Shown here piece by piece: positions 40,371 through 52,459 of a stretch of DNA of 64,000 nt. Positions within the stretch are counted from its first letter, which is position 1. Every line of letters starts with the position of its first letter. The notes under the pieces are model-generated. The model was not told the DNA's origin. It ran no database searches and saw only the letters and a list, made by a program, of their open reading frames with translations. Made by a program: the position numbers and the translations under genes. The DNA lies in contig NC_068983.1 in NCBI RefSeq assembly GCF_001194135.2, positions 102,872,301-102,936,300 on the forward strand. Reading direction: 5' to 3'. This DNA comes from Octopus bimaculoides. Lineage: Eukaryota.

Positions 40371-40371
<1 letters not shown>
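39508..40371. mobile_element. Mariner-derived element built from two inverted 5' ends
   Basis: TA-flanked TIRs (TCTGATCAATAAGTAT at both ends). The plus strand encodes EKVEQRICIKCCQKLG. The minus strand carries a longer degraded N-terminus (ITIRELSEDV..SYGSIQSIITED.GMKHVSAKFV). Confidence 0.85.
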
Positions 40372-40411
<40 letters not shown>

Positions 40412-40591
40412 CTTATATATAAAGGGCAATTACAATAGTTACTACAATAGTTAATGCCCTTTATATATAAGTATTTATATTTATGAAGAAATGGTGAATT
40501 TTTTCATTACGAAATTTTTCATTATTTTTTCATTTTGAGGTTTTTTCACGCTGACTACTTGATAAATTCTTATAAAGAATTTATCCTATAT

Positions 40592-40632
<41 letters not shown>

Positions 40633-41141
40633 CACACACAGAGAGACATATGTATTTAGAAAATCTGCTTTGAAACCATGTTGTTAGGGGTTCAGACTCA
40701 TTCTATGAATGTTGTTGGTTAGCATTCTGTACTACATCCACAGGTTGGCTGTTACCTTGTGAGTGAAATTGGTAGGCAGAAACAGAAAAAGTCTGTTCTG
40801 TGTGCATATAAATACATATGTAGCTCTTCTACAGCATCAAACCTGATCTAGTCCTTTTTCTCATACTTTATCACTGCATCTTCTAGCATAAAGCCATGTC
40901 CTTCTCAACTGTAGCCCCACTCAGTCAAACAAGATCTAAGTTTTGTGAACTGCATAACAACCCCACAAATGCTGGTGCCATGAAAAAGCACCAAGTACAC
41001 TCTGTAAAGTGGTTGGCATTAACCCCATGACAATGGTTTTTTTATCAAGCAAATAGGTTGCACTGACGGTAACCATCTTGGCCAAGAACAACAATTAGTG
41101 CACAACAACAGTTCGGTGTATATTTACGTCAACCTCTTTAA

Positions 41142-41351
41142 CCCTTTAGCATTTAAACCGGCCATATCCAGCCAAAAGTATCCTGCCTGTTTTATGTTCA
41201 AACTGGCCAGATCTGGTCTCTCACACCAACCCTACAATATTGTTTTAAAAATTAATAGTTATCTCATAGCTACAAGATAATGCATGATTAGTTCAAAACA
41301 ATGTGGATGAAAAAGCATTAATTTTGGCAGAATAATGTGAACACTAAAGGG
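41142..41351. mobile_element. piggyBac-like MITE family 1
   Basis: TTAA|CCCTTTAG...CTAAAGGG|TTAA. Confidence 0.85.
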
Positions 41352-41599
41352 TTAAAGTATTCTTATTTATGTAAACTGTTTATTTATGTATTAAGTATGT
41401 TTATTTATAAATAAACATACTAAGTACGTTTATTTATGTAAACTGTCATCAATGTGAGGACCGTAAATGAAATTGGCGTAGCTGAATGTGACTGTAAATT
41501 TTGTGAAGGACCAGAAGAATTTGCTGAATGTGTACAAATTTGATAGGAAGTCATAATGGAAATGGTGGTGTAACAGCCAAAACTGCTGCTTTTATACTA

Positions 41600-43176
41600 C
41601 TAGCAGAGCCACCCGGTGTTGCCCAGGAATGAAATTGTTGCTTATTGGTACTTGGAAACTTTTACGATAATCAAAATGGGGCTTAAATGAAAAAAATTCA
41701 CACAGCGAATATACCACGTTATTGTTTCACTGTTATATACACAGATATACATTGACGCATGTCAGTCGAAAAGTGAAAGTGTAATAGTAATACTTACTTT
41801 AACACTCAATGGTTTTACACTTTTGTATATGACATGTACATACTATTNNNNNNNNNNNNNNNNNNNNNNNNNNNNNNNNNNNNNNNNNNNNNNNNNNNNN
41901 NNNNNNNNNNNNNNNNNNNNNNNNNNNNNNNNNNNNNNNNNNNNNNNNNNNNNNNNNNNNNNNNNNNNNNNNNNNNNNNNNNNNNNNNNNNNNNNNNNNN
42001 NNNNNNNNNNNNNNNNNNNNNNNNNNNNNNNNNNNNNNNNNNNNNNNNNNNNNNNNNNNNNNNNNNNNNNNNNNNNNNNNNNNNNNNNNNNNNNNNNNNN
42101 NNNNNNNNNNNNNNNNNNNNNNNNNNNNNNNNNNNNNNNNNNNNNNNNNNNNNNNNNNNNNNNNNNNNNNNNNNNNNNNNNNNNNNNNNNNNNNNNNNNN
42201 NNNNNNNNNNNNNNNNNNNNNNNNNNNNNNNNNNNNNNNNNNNNNNNNNNNNNNNNNNNNNNNNNNNNNNNNNNNNNNNNNNNNNNNNNNNNNNNNNNNN
42301 NNNNNNNNNNNNNNNNNNNNNNNNNNNNNNNNNNNNNNNNNNNNNNNNNNNNNNNNNNNNNNNNNNNNNNNNNNNNNNNNNNNNNNNNNNNNNNNNNNNN
42401 NNNNNNNNNNNNNNNNNNNNNNNNNNNNNNNNNNNNNNNNNNNNNNNNNNNNNNNNNNNNNNNNNNNNNNNNNNNNNNNNNNNNNNNNNNNNNNNNNNNN
42501 NNNNNNNNNNNNNNNNNNNNNNNNNNNNNNNNNNNNNNNNNNNNNNNNNNNNNNNNNNNNNNNNNNNNNNNNNNNNNNNNNNNNNNNNNNNNNNNNNNNN
42601 NNNNNNNNNNNNNNNNNNNNNNNNNNNNNNNNNNNNNNNNNNNNNNNNNNNNNNNNNNNNNNNNNNNNNNNNNNNNNNNNNNNNNNNNNNNNNNNNNNNN
42701 NNNNNNNNNNNNNNNNNNNNNNNNNNNNNNNNNNNNNNNNNNNNNNNNNNNNNNNNNNNNNNNNNNNNNNNNNNNNNNNNNNNNNNNNNNNNNNNNNNNN
42801 NNNNNNNNNNNNNNNNNNNNNNNNNNNNNNNNNNNNNNNNGCAACAGGGAAACAGAAAACCGTACTTCTGTTAGTAAATTATGAAATTACTTACATCAGT
42901 AAATGTGAGTAAACTTTTAGTGCGAACAGTAACGATTGAAGTTAAAGTGAAGAAAAAACTATGGCTACCGGAAGTTGACATTGAGGAACCTTTTTAAAGA
43001 AGTGAATCTTAAATATAAAGCAATATTATTTATCTTAATAAAAAACATCAAATGAAGAGCCTAAGATTTATCCGAGGTCAAATTATTCCTGCATCACAAG
43101 TATGGAAGTAAATGGTGAAGCCGTTTTCACGTGATAAGCGATTACACACATATCTCTGTTTTATATATAGTATAGA
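41600..43176 (-). mobile_element. Non-autonomous Helitron-like element (about 1 kb is N)
   Basis: Minus-strand 5' A|TCTATACTATATATAAAAC at 43176. 3' hairpin CCTGG-GCAACA-CCGGG, then TGGCTCTG and CTAG|T at 41600. Continuity across the gap is assumed. Confidence 0.7.
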
Positions 43177-43822
43177 TAAGGGTGATGATGTCTCGAACTG
43201 AGTTGGAAATATTTACGTGAAGAGTCTAATAAACCTATCAGATTCCTTGAAATTTGCATAGAGGTCTCTATTATTGATTCTGTGTGATAACGGTTATTTA
43301 TATCAACCGATACACAAACAGGTACAAAACTGCATATATTTTTGTCATCTGATTCAAAGCGAGTACGCAGCACATGTAAATTTATGTCAGCCGATATTAT
43401 AGGGTTGAAAAGAGTATCCAGCCATAAAAGGCATACCAAAGTAAACACATTGCAGTCCTTAGACCTGTCAGATCCTCTAAAACTATCTAGCCCATGCCAG
43501 TATGGAACATGGATGTTAAAAGACGCTGAAGATGATATATATATATTATCATCATCATCATTTAATGTCTGTTTTCCATGCTGGTATGGGTTAGATGGTT
43601 CGACTGGAAGTGGTAAGCTGCACCAGGCTCCAGTCATTTGTTTTGGCTTGGTTTCTACAGCTGGATGCCCCTCCTAATGCCTTTTTATGTGTCTCCAGCA
43701 TGGATGCCAGTTATGTCACTGACATGGGTGCCTTTTACATGTCACCAACACTAGCCATAGCCATGATTTCACTTAGCTTGACATGTCTTCTCAAGCAAGT
43801 ACAGCAAATCACCAGAAGTCTG

Positions 43823-43859
<37 letters not shown>

Positions 43860-43866
<7 letters not shown>

Positions 43867-44195
43867 CCAAAAGTTAAATTCTGGTCATAGAGTAACCAAT
43901 GCTTTCGTATCCACGAAAGCTACAGCCTTGAGGATAGCTCATCAGACTCTATACAAAGACAAATTTAACTTTCTGCCTTGTGGATGTGAGGAAATGTCAG
44001 GATAACGAAGTCCAATGGCTGACCTATAAAAACGTTTTTATAGGTCAGCCATTAGACCTTGTTATCCTAGTCTTTCCTCATGTTTACAAAGTAGAAAGTT
44101 AAATTTGTCTTTGCATAGAGTCTGATGAGCTGTAGCTTTCGTGGGTATGAAAGCATTGGTTACTCTATGACCAGAATTTAACTTTTTGTTTTAAT
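43860..44195. repeat. About 335-bp spacerless palindrome beside (TA)n
   Basis: Centre is AAAAAC|GTTTTT at 44033/44034. The arms match to the ends apart from scattered substitutions and a 12-nt indel. Confidence 0.95.
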
Positions 44196-44488
44196 ACTTA
44201 CTACTCTATCCTTTAGAGTGTGCTTCTTTTACTGATATATGTTATATTGACAATATATATATATAATTATATGTATTTATTTTCTCTAAGTTATTAATTA
44301 ACTCGGACAAAATAAATTGGTTAATAGATACCAGGGTAGCAAAGATCACAAAATGACTGTGTAACTCCTGTTTATGAGGTAGAAACTCCTTGTTATTTTG
44401 GGTACTTGAGTAATACAAATTTAGTAAATGGAGTAAAACGCATATTTTAAGAATTCATTTAAAATATGCGTTTTACTCTATTTACTAA

Positions 44489-44542
<54 letters not shown>

Positions 44543-45399
44543 ATATATGTACATGCATGTGTGTGTGTGTTAGTTCATATTTTCCTTCATGTCTGTGTAT
44601 TTGATGACTGTCAACAACAGAGATTGTGTCCTTTAGTTGCAGTCAACTGTGAAAAACATATCCAGGCTGGTTGAGATGTTGCATGAACTTAGTAAACAAG
44701 AAACTCATTCAAACAGAGTTGTTTCTTTCCATTTGCTATGTAATTATCAAATCAATGATAAACTGCACTACATGTATTGAATACATTTCTCTCTTGTGCA
44801 TTTATGTGCACACACATATATAATGGAGAAAATGTACTCAATACATTTGTTTATTTATTGCCTGAACAAACACCTAGAATCAGAGAAACTTAGCACAACA
44901 GAATGAATCATTGACTTTGAACAAATATACACATGGACACGGGGACACACATGTACACAAAGCACCCATATACTATATCTGAATTTAATCATTGCTACAA
45001 TATAATCATTTTGCTGTTTATCTAGGAGGTAAACCAACCTTGTTTATAACTATCATGATTTGATCTGAAACAATTATTAGTTTACCAAAATTGTTGACTT
45101 ACTGACTATATATATATTTGTTTCAATTTATATGTGCTGGTATTCAGTTATTTGCTGTGGATCTCACATATAATTAAAGCTAGATTAGAGTAAACAAAAA
45201 CTTTGCAATTAAAAGTGTATAAGTATTTTAAGCCTAGAAAACTTAATTGCTACTCTTTGTTTCAGTTTCATAGCATTAAACAGATGAGAGATAAAGAGCC
45301 TCAATCATCCTTAGATAGAGCATCAGTTTATTACCAGTAACATTCTCATATATTCTAGTATATATTTCTTACAGTTTGATGTGATGGCAGTGTCTTTCA

Positions 45400-45817
45400 T
45401 CATCATCATCATCATCGTTTAACGTCCGCTTTCCATGCTAGCATGGGTTGGACGATTTGACTGAGGACTGGTGAAACCAGATGGCTACACCAGGCTCCAA
45501 TCTAATTTGGCAGAGTTTCTACAGCTGGATGCCCTTCCTAACGCCAACCACTCAGAGAGTGTAGTGGGTGCTTTTACGTGTCACCCGCACGAAGGCCAGT
45601 CAGGCGATACTGGCAACGGCCAGGCTCAAAATGGTGTATTTTATGTGCCACTCGCACAAGAGCCAGTCCAGGAGCACTGGCAACGATCTCGCTCGAAAAT
45701 CCTACAAAGGCCAGTCAGGCGGTACTGGCAACGGCCACGCTCAAAAAGGTGTATTTTATGTGCCACCCGCACAAGAGCCAGTCCAGGGGCACTGGCAACG
45801 ATCTCGCTCAAAAATCC
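45400..45817 (-). mobile_element. Young RTE-tail element with an internal 115-bp tandem duplication
   Basis: (CAT)n CGTTTAACGTCCGCTTTCCATGCTAGC.... The unit AAGGCCAGTCAGGCG...AAAATCC occurs at 45592 and 45707. Confidence 0.85.
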
Positions 45818-46800
45818 TTTGTCTGAAAATCAAGAGGCAGAGTGGCAAGCCCTCAAGTGGCTATGTAAACTGATCCTTGACACTAAGGATTTTCTTCCTG
45901 CCTGCACATAGTAGTTTGATAGTGAAAGTCACTCTGTGCAACCTAATCCCACTCTTTAGAAATTAATAGCTTTTACCAACATAAAAGAGGCCTTTTCCTT
46001 GGTGAATTGCCTTGCAGGGCTGGAGAGCTTCACCTATGTGTGAGTAGTAAGAAAGGTGTCAAAAAGGGCACCTAATATATATAGATGCAGCTATATGTGT
46101 GTGATAATCATGTGGATTTAGGTTCCATCCTGCTGCATAGCATCTTTTACAACAAACTTAGACTGACCAATATCCTTTTAGTGGAACTAGTAAACGGCAA
46201 CTGTACAAAAGCCCTTACTTTAAGCCTTTTGTTACCATATTTCTGTTGGAATTCTCTGCTTTTGTTTCAATTAATTTTAAAAATAAAGCAGTATTTAGTG
46301 AAATAACTGTCATTATTAAGTAGAGTTTGGAATATAGAATATTGATGAAAATTTTCAATTTGAATCACTTTAAAACAGGAATATTGTATCATGGAACCAG
46401 GGGATGGTGGTCTTAGGTGGATTGGTATCAAAAGGAAATATACGTGCATGTGTGCGTGTGTTTGTGTTAGAGAGAGAGATTATTTCCATAGATGATGGTG
46501 ATGATGATGATATTTTTGAATAACACCGTTTGGGAGACAGCGATGTTATCTTTACATCTGCAAATATTATATCCTTAGTTTAGTAGTTTCACTATGTGGA
46601 AATTAGTGGAATGAAAATACCCTACTTCTAAAACAGGTAAGGGTTAACAACAGGAAGGGCATCCAGCCACAAAATACTCCCTTAATATTGTATCGTCGAG
46701 CCCACACCAGAATAAAAAAAATAAAGGGTATGAAAACAATGATAATGATGATGCTTTCTTCAAAATATACAACAAAATACTAGCAGCAGATATGAATTAA

Positions 46801-47019
46801 TCCTTTAGTATTTAAAGTAGCCATATGCAATTCAAATATTCTACCTATTTTATGTTCATAATGGCCAGATCTGATCTTTCACACTAACCCTGCAATGTCT
46901 TGTAAAAATAAACAATCACATTATCAAAATCTCAAAACTACAGGATGATGCATGATTAATTCAAAACAATGTGAATAAATGAACATCACAATTGACAGAG
47001 TAATCTAAATGCTAAAGGG
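46801..47019. mobile_element. piggyBac-like MITE family 1
   Basis: TTAA|TCCTTTAG...CTAAAGGG|TTAA. Confidence 0.8.
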
Positions 47020-47061
47020 TTAATGCGATATGAGCAGCTAGAAAAATACATTATGCACTTT

Positions 47062-47460
47062 TTATTCTTTTACTTGTTTCAGTCATGTAACTGTGGCCAT
47101 GCAGGAGCACCACATTTTTTGAGTTGAACAAAATGACCCCAGCACTTATCTTCTTAAACCTGGTACTTATTCTGTTGGTCTCTTCTGCTGGACTAAGTTA
47201 TGGAGACAGAAACACACCAACCCCAGTTCTCAAGCAGTGATGGTGGGGACAAACACAGACACAAAGACACACACACACAGATATATATATATAAAAAACA
47301 ACAGGCTTCTTTCAGTTTCTGTCTACCAAATCCACTCACAAGGCTTTGTTCAGCCAGAGGCTATAACAGAAGACACTTGCCCAAGGTGCCATATAAGTAA
47401 GATTGAACCCGAAACCATGAGCTGGGAAGTAAGCTTCTTACCACACAGCCATGTCTGCAC
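47062..47460 (-). mobile_element. SINE family B copy
   Basis: Tail, body and head as in the other family B copies. Confidence 0.8.
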
Positions 47461-47534
47461 TTGTACATTTCACCTCTATATCTAAACTTCCAAGACAAGT
47501 TTGTGAAAATGAATGCTGCAATAATCCACAAGTG

Positions 47535-47812
47535 ACATATTTTCAAGTGGAACCAGTTTCTGAAGAATTGTCATGGCTTCCAACAAAAGTTTAACCCTCT
47601 AGCATTCAGATTACCCTGTCAAGTGTAAAGTGTATTTATTCAGATTGTTTTGAATTTCTCATACATTATCTTGTAGCTTTCAGATTTTGAATGATGTGAT
47701 TATTTTTAAAAATCACATTATAGAGTAGGTGTGAAAGGCCAGATCTGGTCAGTTTGAAGATTAAACAGGTAGAATATTTGGGCTTGATATGGGCAGTTTG
47801 AATACTAAAGGG
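47535..47812. mobile_element. piggyBac-like MITE family 1
   Basis: TTAA|CCCTCTAG...CTAAAGGG|TTAA. Confidence 0.8.
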
Positions 47813-49310
47813 TTAAATATTGGAATGATAAAGTTAATTTTTTAAAAAAATGTAACTAGAACCCTGATACAATATTATAAGAAGAAAGGTCAGTTAGCAA
47901 AGCTGTACCGCAAGTGAAAACAATTATATAACCAATATGTTTGGCAATAAAAGCAAGTAACGAAAAAAGAAAGAAATAATATAAAATAAAAAAGTGAATA
48001 TTGAATATGGCAGATATTTTAGATGTTTCTTCAATATATTCGTTTAAAATTTTGGCACAAGGTCAGCAAGTTCAGGGGAAAGGGGATAAGTGGATTACAT
48101 CAAGCCCCAGTAGTCAACTGGTACTTATTTTATTGACCCTCCCACCCACCACCACCACCAAAAGGATGAAGGCAAAGTTGACCTTGGCAGAATTTGAACT
48201 CAGAATGTTAAAGATGGATGAAATATTTCTTCAAAATATTAATANNNNNNNNNNNNNNNNNNNNNNNNNNNNNNNNNNNNNNNNNNNNNNNNNNNNNNNN
48301 NNNNNNNNNNNNNNNNNNNNNNNNNNNNNNNNNNNNNNNNNNNNNNNNNNNNNNNNNNNNNNNNNNNNNNNNNNNNNNNNNNNNNNNNNNNNNNNNNNNN
48401 NNNNNNNNNNNNNNNNNNNNNNNNNNNNNNNNNNNNNNNNNNNNNNNNNNNNNNNNNNNNNNNNNNNNNNNNNNNNNNNNNNNNNNNNNNNNNNNNNNNN
48501 NNNNNNNNNNNNNNNNNNNNNNNNNNNNNNNNNNNNNNNNNNNNNNNNNNNNNNNNNNNNNNNNNNNNNNNNNNNNNNNNNNNNNNNNNNNNNNNNNNNN
48601 NNNNNNNNNNNNNNNNNNNNNNNNNNNNNNNNNNNNNNNNNNNNNNNNNNNNNNNNNNNNNNNNNNNNNNNNNNNNNNNNNNNNNNNNNNNNNNNNNNNN
48701 NNNNNNNNNNNNNNNNNNNNNNNNNNNNNNNNNNNNNNNNNNNNNNNNNNNNNNNNNNNNNNNNNNNNNNNNNNNNNNNNNNNNNNNNNNNNNNNNNNNN
48801 NNNNNNNNNNNNNNNNNNNNNNNNNNNNNNNNNNNNNNNNNNNNNNNNNNNNNNNNNNNNNNNNNNNNNNNNNNNNNNNNNNNNNNNNNNNCAAAGAAAG
48901 GTCAAAGGATTAGACCTTTTATAATAAACCTTATCAATACTAACAAAAGCAACTTTTTCACAGAGCAACAGGCATTTTGATGAACGTTGTTATTTTTGTT
49001 TTTTGAGGAGGATTCTCTTGTCAGTTCTTGAAATCTGTTCTAACTGTGTAAAATAGTTGCAAAAAGAAAAAAAAAGGAAAAAAGTAGAAAAAAAAAACAA
49101 CCATAAAAATTGATTAAAAATAAAAAGGAGACAGAGCAAAGTTTTAACATTTGCTAACAGACTGGGGGGGAGGAAAAAATCCAGACAGTAGTAGAAAAAA
49201 ACTGATGATGAGAAAGATGAGTTCAGAACAGAGTTTTACTTTGTGGAAGATGTAATGTTTATCGAATGCTATCAGGAATGAAGTCTAAAGTGTGTGTATG
49301 TAAACATGTG

Positions 49311-49346
<36 letters not shown>

Positions 49347-49537
49347 CAGCTAGATGACTTGCCCAGAGAGCGAGACACAAAAAAACTTATTAGCTAGAGA
49401 CTAGCAATGGGCTAACTTTCCACTAAAATGTATTGTGCCTTTAGGAATAACAGAAATAGCAGCACTCTTTTACTCTTTTACTTGTTTCAGTCATTTGACT
49501 GTGGCCATACTGGGGCACCGCCTTTTAAAAGTGTTGG

Positions 49538-49657
49538 ATGCTTACAGCACCTAGGTTTCCCAAGCGGTCACCCATCTAAGTACTAACTAGGCTCGATGTT
49601 GCTTAACTTCGGTGATCAGACGAGAACCGGTGCTTTCAACGTGATATGGCCATATTC
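49538..49657 (-). rRNA. Dispersed 5S rRNA copy, probably a pseudogene
   Basis: The minus strand reads GAATATGGCCATATCACGTTGAAAGCACCGGTTCTCGTCTGATCACCGAAGTTAAGCAACATCGAGCCTAGTTAGTACTTAGATGGGTGACCGCTTGGGAAACCTAGGTGCTGTAAGCAT (120 nt). A-box-like AGTTAAGC and C-box-like GATGGGTGACC are present, and CCTAG/CTAGG pair. The 5' strand of helix I is damaged and there are CpG-type changes. Confidence 0.92.
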
Positions 49658-49739
49658 AAAACACATGGAGCTGCACACAAGATGTACAGTGGAAGTGTAT
49701 GTACAGTAATTAGAACAATTAACACTCCTTATAATAATA

Positions 49740-50265
49740 ATAAAATCAACCTAAGTATTTGAATGGTACTCATTTTATTGGCCCTAAAAGGATGAAAAGC
49801 AAAGTCGACTCTAGTGGAATTTGAAATTCAATAATAATAAAAACTCTTTCTGCTATGGGTACAGGGCTTGGAATTTAACTATATCAACCTCAGTGCTCGA
49901 CTGGTACTTATTTCATCAACCCCCAAAAGGATGAAAGGCAAAGTCAACCTCAGCAGAATTTGAATTCAGGACATACAAATGTCTGAAATGCTGCTAAGCA
50001 TTTGGTCTGGTATGTTAATGTTTATGTTAGCTCACCACTTTATATCAATAATAATACTGATTTCAAATTTTGGCACACGGCCAGCAATTTCAGGGGAGGG
50101 GATAAGTCATTGAGACCAGTGTTCAACTGACACTTAATATATTGACCCTGAAAGGAAGAAAGGCAAAGTCAACCTCGGCAGAATTTGAACTCAGAACATA
50201 AAGACGGACGAAATGTCATTAAGCATTTTTGCTTGGCGTGCTTATGATTCTACCAGCTTGCTGCC

Positions 50266-50306
<41 letters not shown>

Positions 50307-50350
50307 AATGAATGGTTTCCCTAATTTAGACCCAAGATCAGCAATAATAA
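49740..50350 (-). mobile_element. Second head-to-tail array of SINE family A (3-4 copies)
   Basis: Three GGATGAAA.GCAAAGTC.AC.. cores separated by (AAT)n. Confidence 0.85.
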
Positions 50351-51261
50351 TAACAATAATGTAAATTATGAACTGGCTGGTTGTAATAGAAAAGTATGGG
50401 CACCATTAGGTACATCATTATAGCGGTTTACAGTAAAAGATGTTGGAGAAATAGCTATACATATATATGTGTGTGTGTGTGTGTGTGTATATATACATAC
50501 ATATATACACACACACATTAAATACATGTTTACAGATGACACTATATAATATTTACAGTTGACAACTAAACCAGTTTACAATGATGACATTTATGAACAT
50601 ATGGCTACACTCACATTTTTGGTTCTCTGGATCTAGTAGTAGGCAACTTGTACCTGCCCATACACAAACACACACACAGACAAACACACACACACAGACA
50701 GACACACACACACACATGCCAGTCAATGCCACATACATGCGCATGCTCTCTTTCTCTCTTTCGCAGAGTCATTCAGTCAATGAGATGAATCCTAAAAAAT
50801 AATGTGATGTTGTCGGGGACCATATGTCCAGAGATTAGCCAGTGCCATTGCAAATGGAAGTATACTACATTTGGCACAATAAGTTTATTCTAGTGGGATG
50901 AAAGTAGGAAGAAAGGTATTTTTTGAGTTTTTTTTTTCTCTTCTTTCAGTGAAAAAAAAAGAAGAAAAAGCTGAGAAAAATATGTGGTAAAACCTATATT
51001 AATTAAAGACTAGTAACAATGTGCTGAGGAAAGTAACAGAATATTTAAGAAAGAGGATAAAGGAGTAAGAAAAAAATTAAATGAAAAATATCAGTAATAT
51101 GATATATTTTCCTTCTTAATCTTAACCCAGTAATTTTTGTTGGGGTAATGATGTTTTTGTAACAAAGTATTAGTAATACAATCATTCTATAACTAATACA
51201 TAGTTTCCGGCCAGCTTTAAATACCTGAAATTGTTTGACAATATTGTCTCCGGTAGCAAAT

Positions 51262-51381
<120 letters not shown>

Positions 51382-51674
51382 TATACAAACATGAACGTGG
51401 TTTGAAAATACTGGCCAAGAAAATATCTCTGTAAAATAATAGCCCTCCTTGAAGTGTGGTTTTATCCTCGAGTGGAGAGGAGGTTTAGTGTTCAGTGAAA
51501 AGGACTGGATCTCCATGGTACGGATCTCTCCATTATGAAAGAAATTTAGGAATCAATTTACCAAACCCATTAATACTTATTCTGACAAATACTCGTAGTA
51601 ATAGTAATCATTGCTGCCAATACTGCAATACATTCTTCCTGATTGGCAGCTGTTTGTCTTTATATTTCTTTCAC

Positions 51675-51719
<45 letters not shown>

Positions 51720-51817
51720 TACTCTTGTTTATTCATTCATACATACATGCATACAAATATCATACAATACATATATTATATATATACACACAAACGTAAC
51801 GGCTCTGGACTTTGTAT

Positions 51818-51935
51818 TCATTTGGCTACGTTCTGGAATAATGCTGCATAGAATTCTGGAACAGTCATTTTGCTCCGGTGTTTATTAACTATCTCCTGAA
51901 TCTTAACTTTCCTTCGTACATGAGGTGGCTGGTAA
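51818..51935 (-). CDS. RALGAPB: RALGAPB last coding exon
   Basis: Acceptor CTCTGTTTCAG. 118 nt encoding (S)[38 protein letters not shown]-stop, matching the recalled vertebrate RALGAPB C-terminus [29 protein letters not shown]. Confidence 0.93.
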
Positions 51936-52459
51936 CTGAAACAGAGAAAACAGTTGTCAATGAATTATAACAGAACAAAAGTGTGTGTGTGTGTGTGTGT
52001 GTGCATGAGTGTGTAAGAAATAAGTAAATACGGTAGTGGATATTTCTAGTACATTCAGTGATCAACATAGCATCATCATCATCGTCACCATCATTATTGT
52101 TTTAATGTCCATTTTTCCATGAAAGGTAATATTCCTCACCCACTCCATGACCAGATATGTTGTCACAGAATACTAGAGATGAAGTACACACCAGCATGAT
52201 GTTGATGCTTGTTAATAACCAACTATCAAATGATAGTAACAAGGAGAAAATAACACACATCCATCTCTCTCTCTCTCTCTCCACCCCCTTTATATATTCT
52301 ATTCTAATTATTTTCCAATTATTTTCAAATTTCGTTATACTGATTTAGTTTTGTATGGTAATTATGAAAACGAAATCCATTTTCCCAAATAAATAAAAAG
52401 TTGAAAAAAAGTTTGTAAATTTTGGGTAATTTTAGCCAATCAAAAGCCATCATTATATA

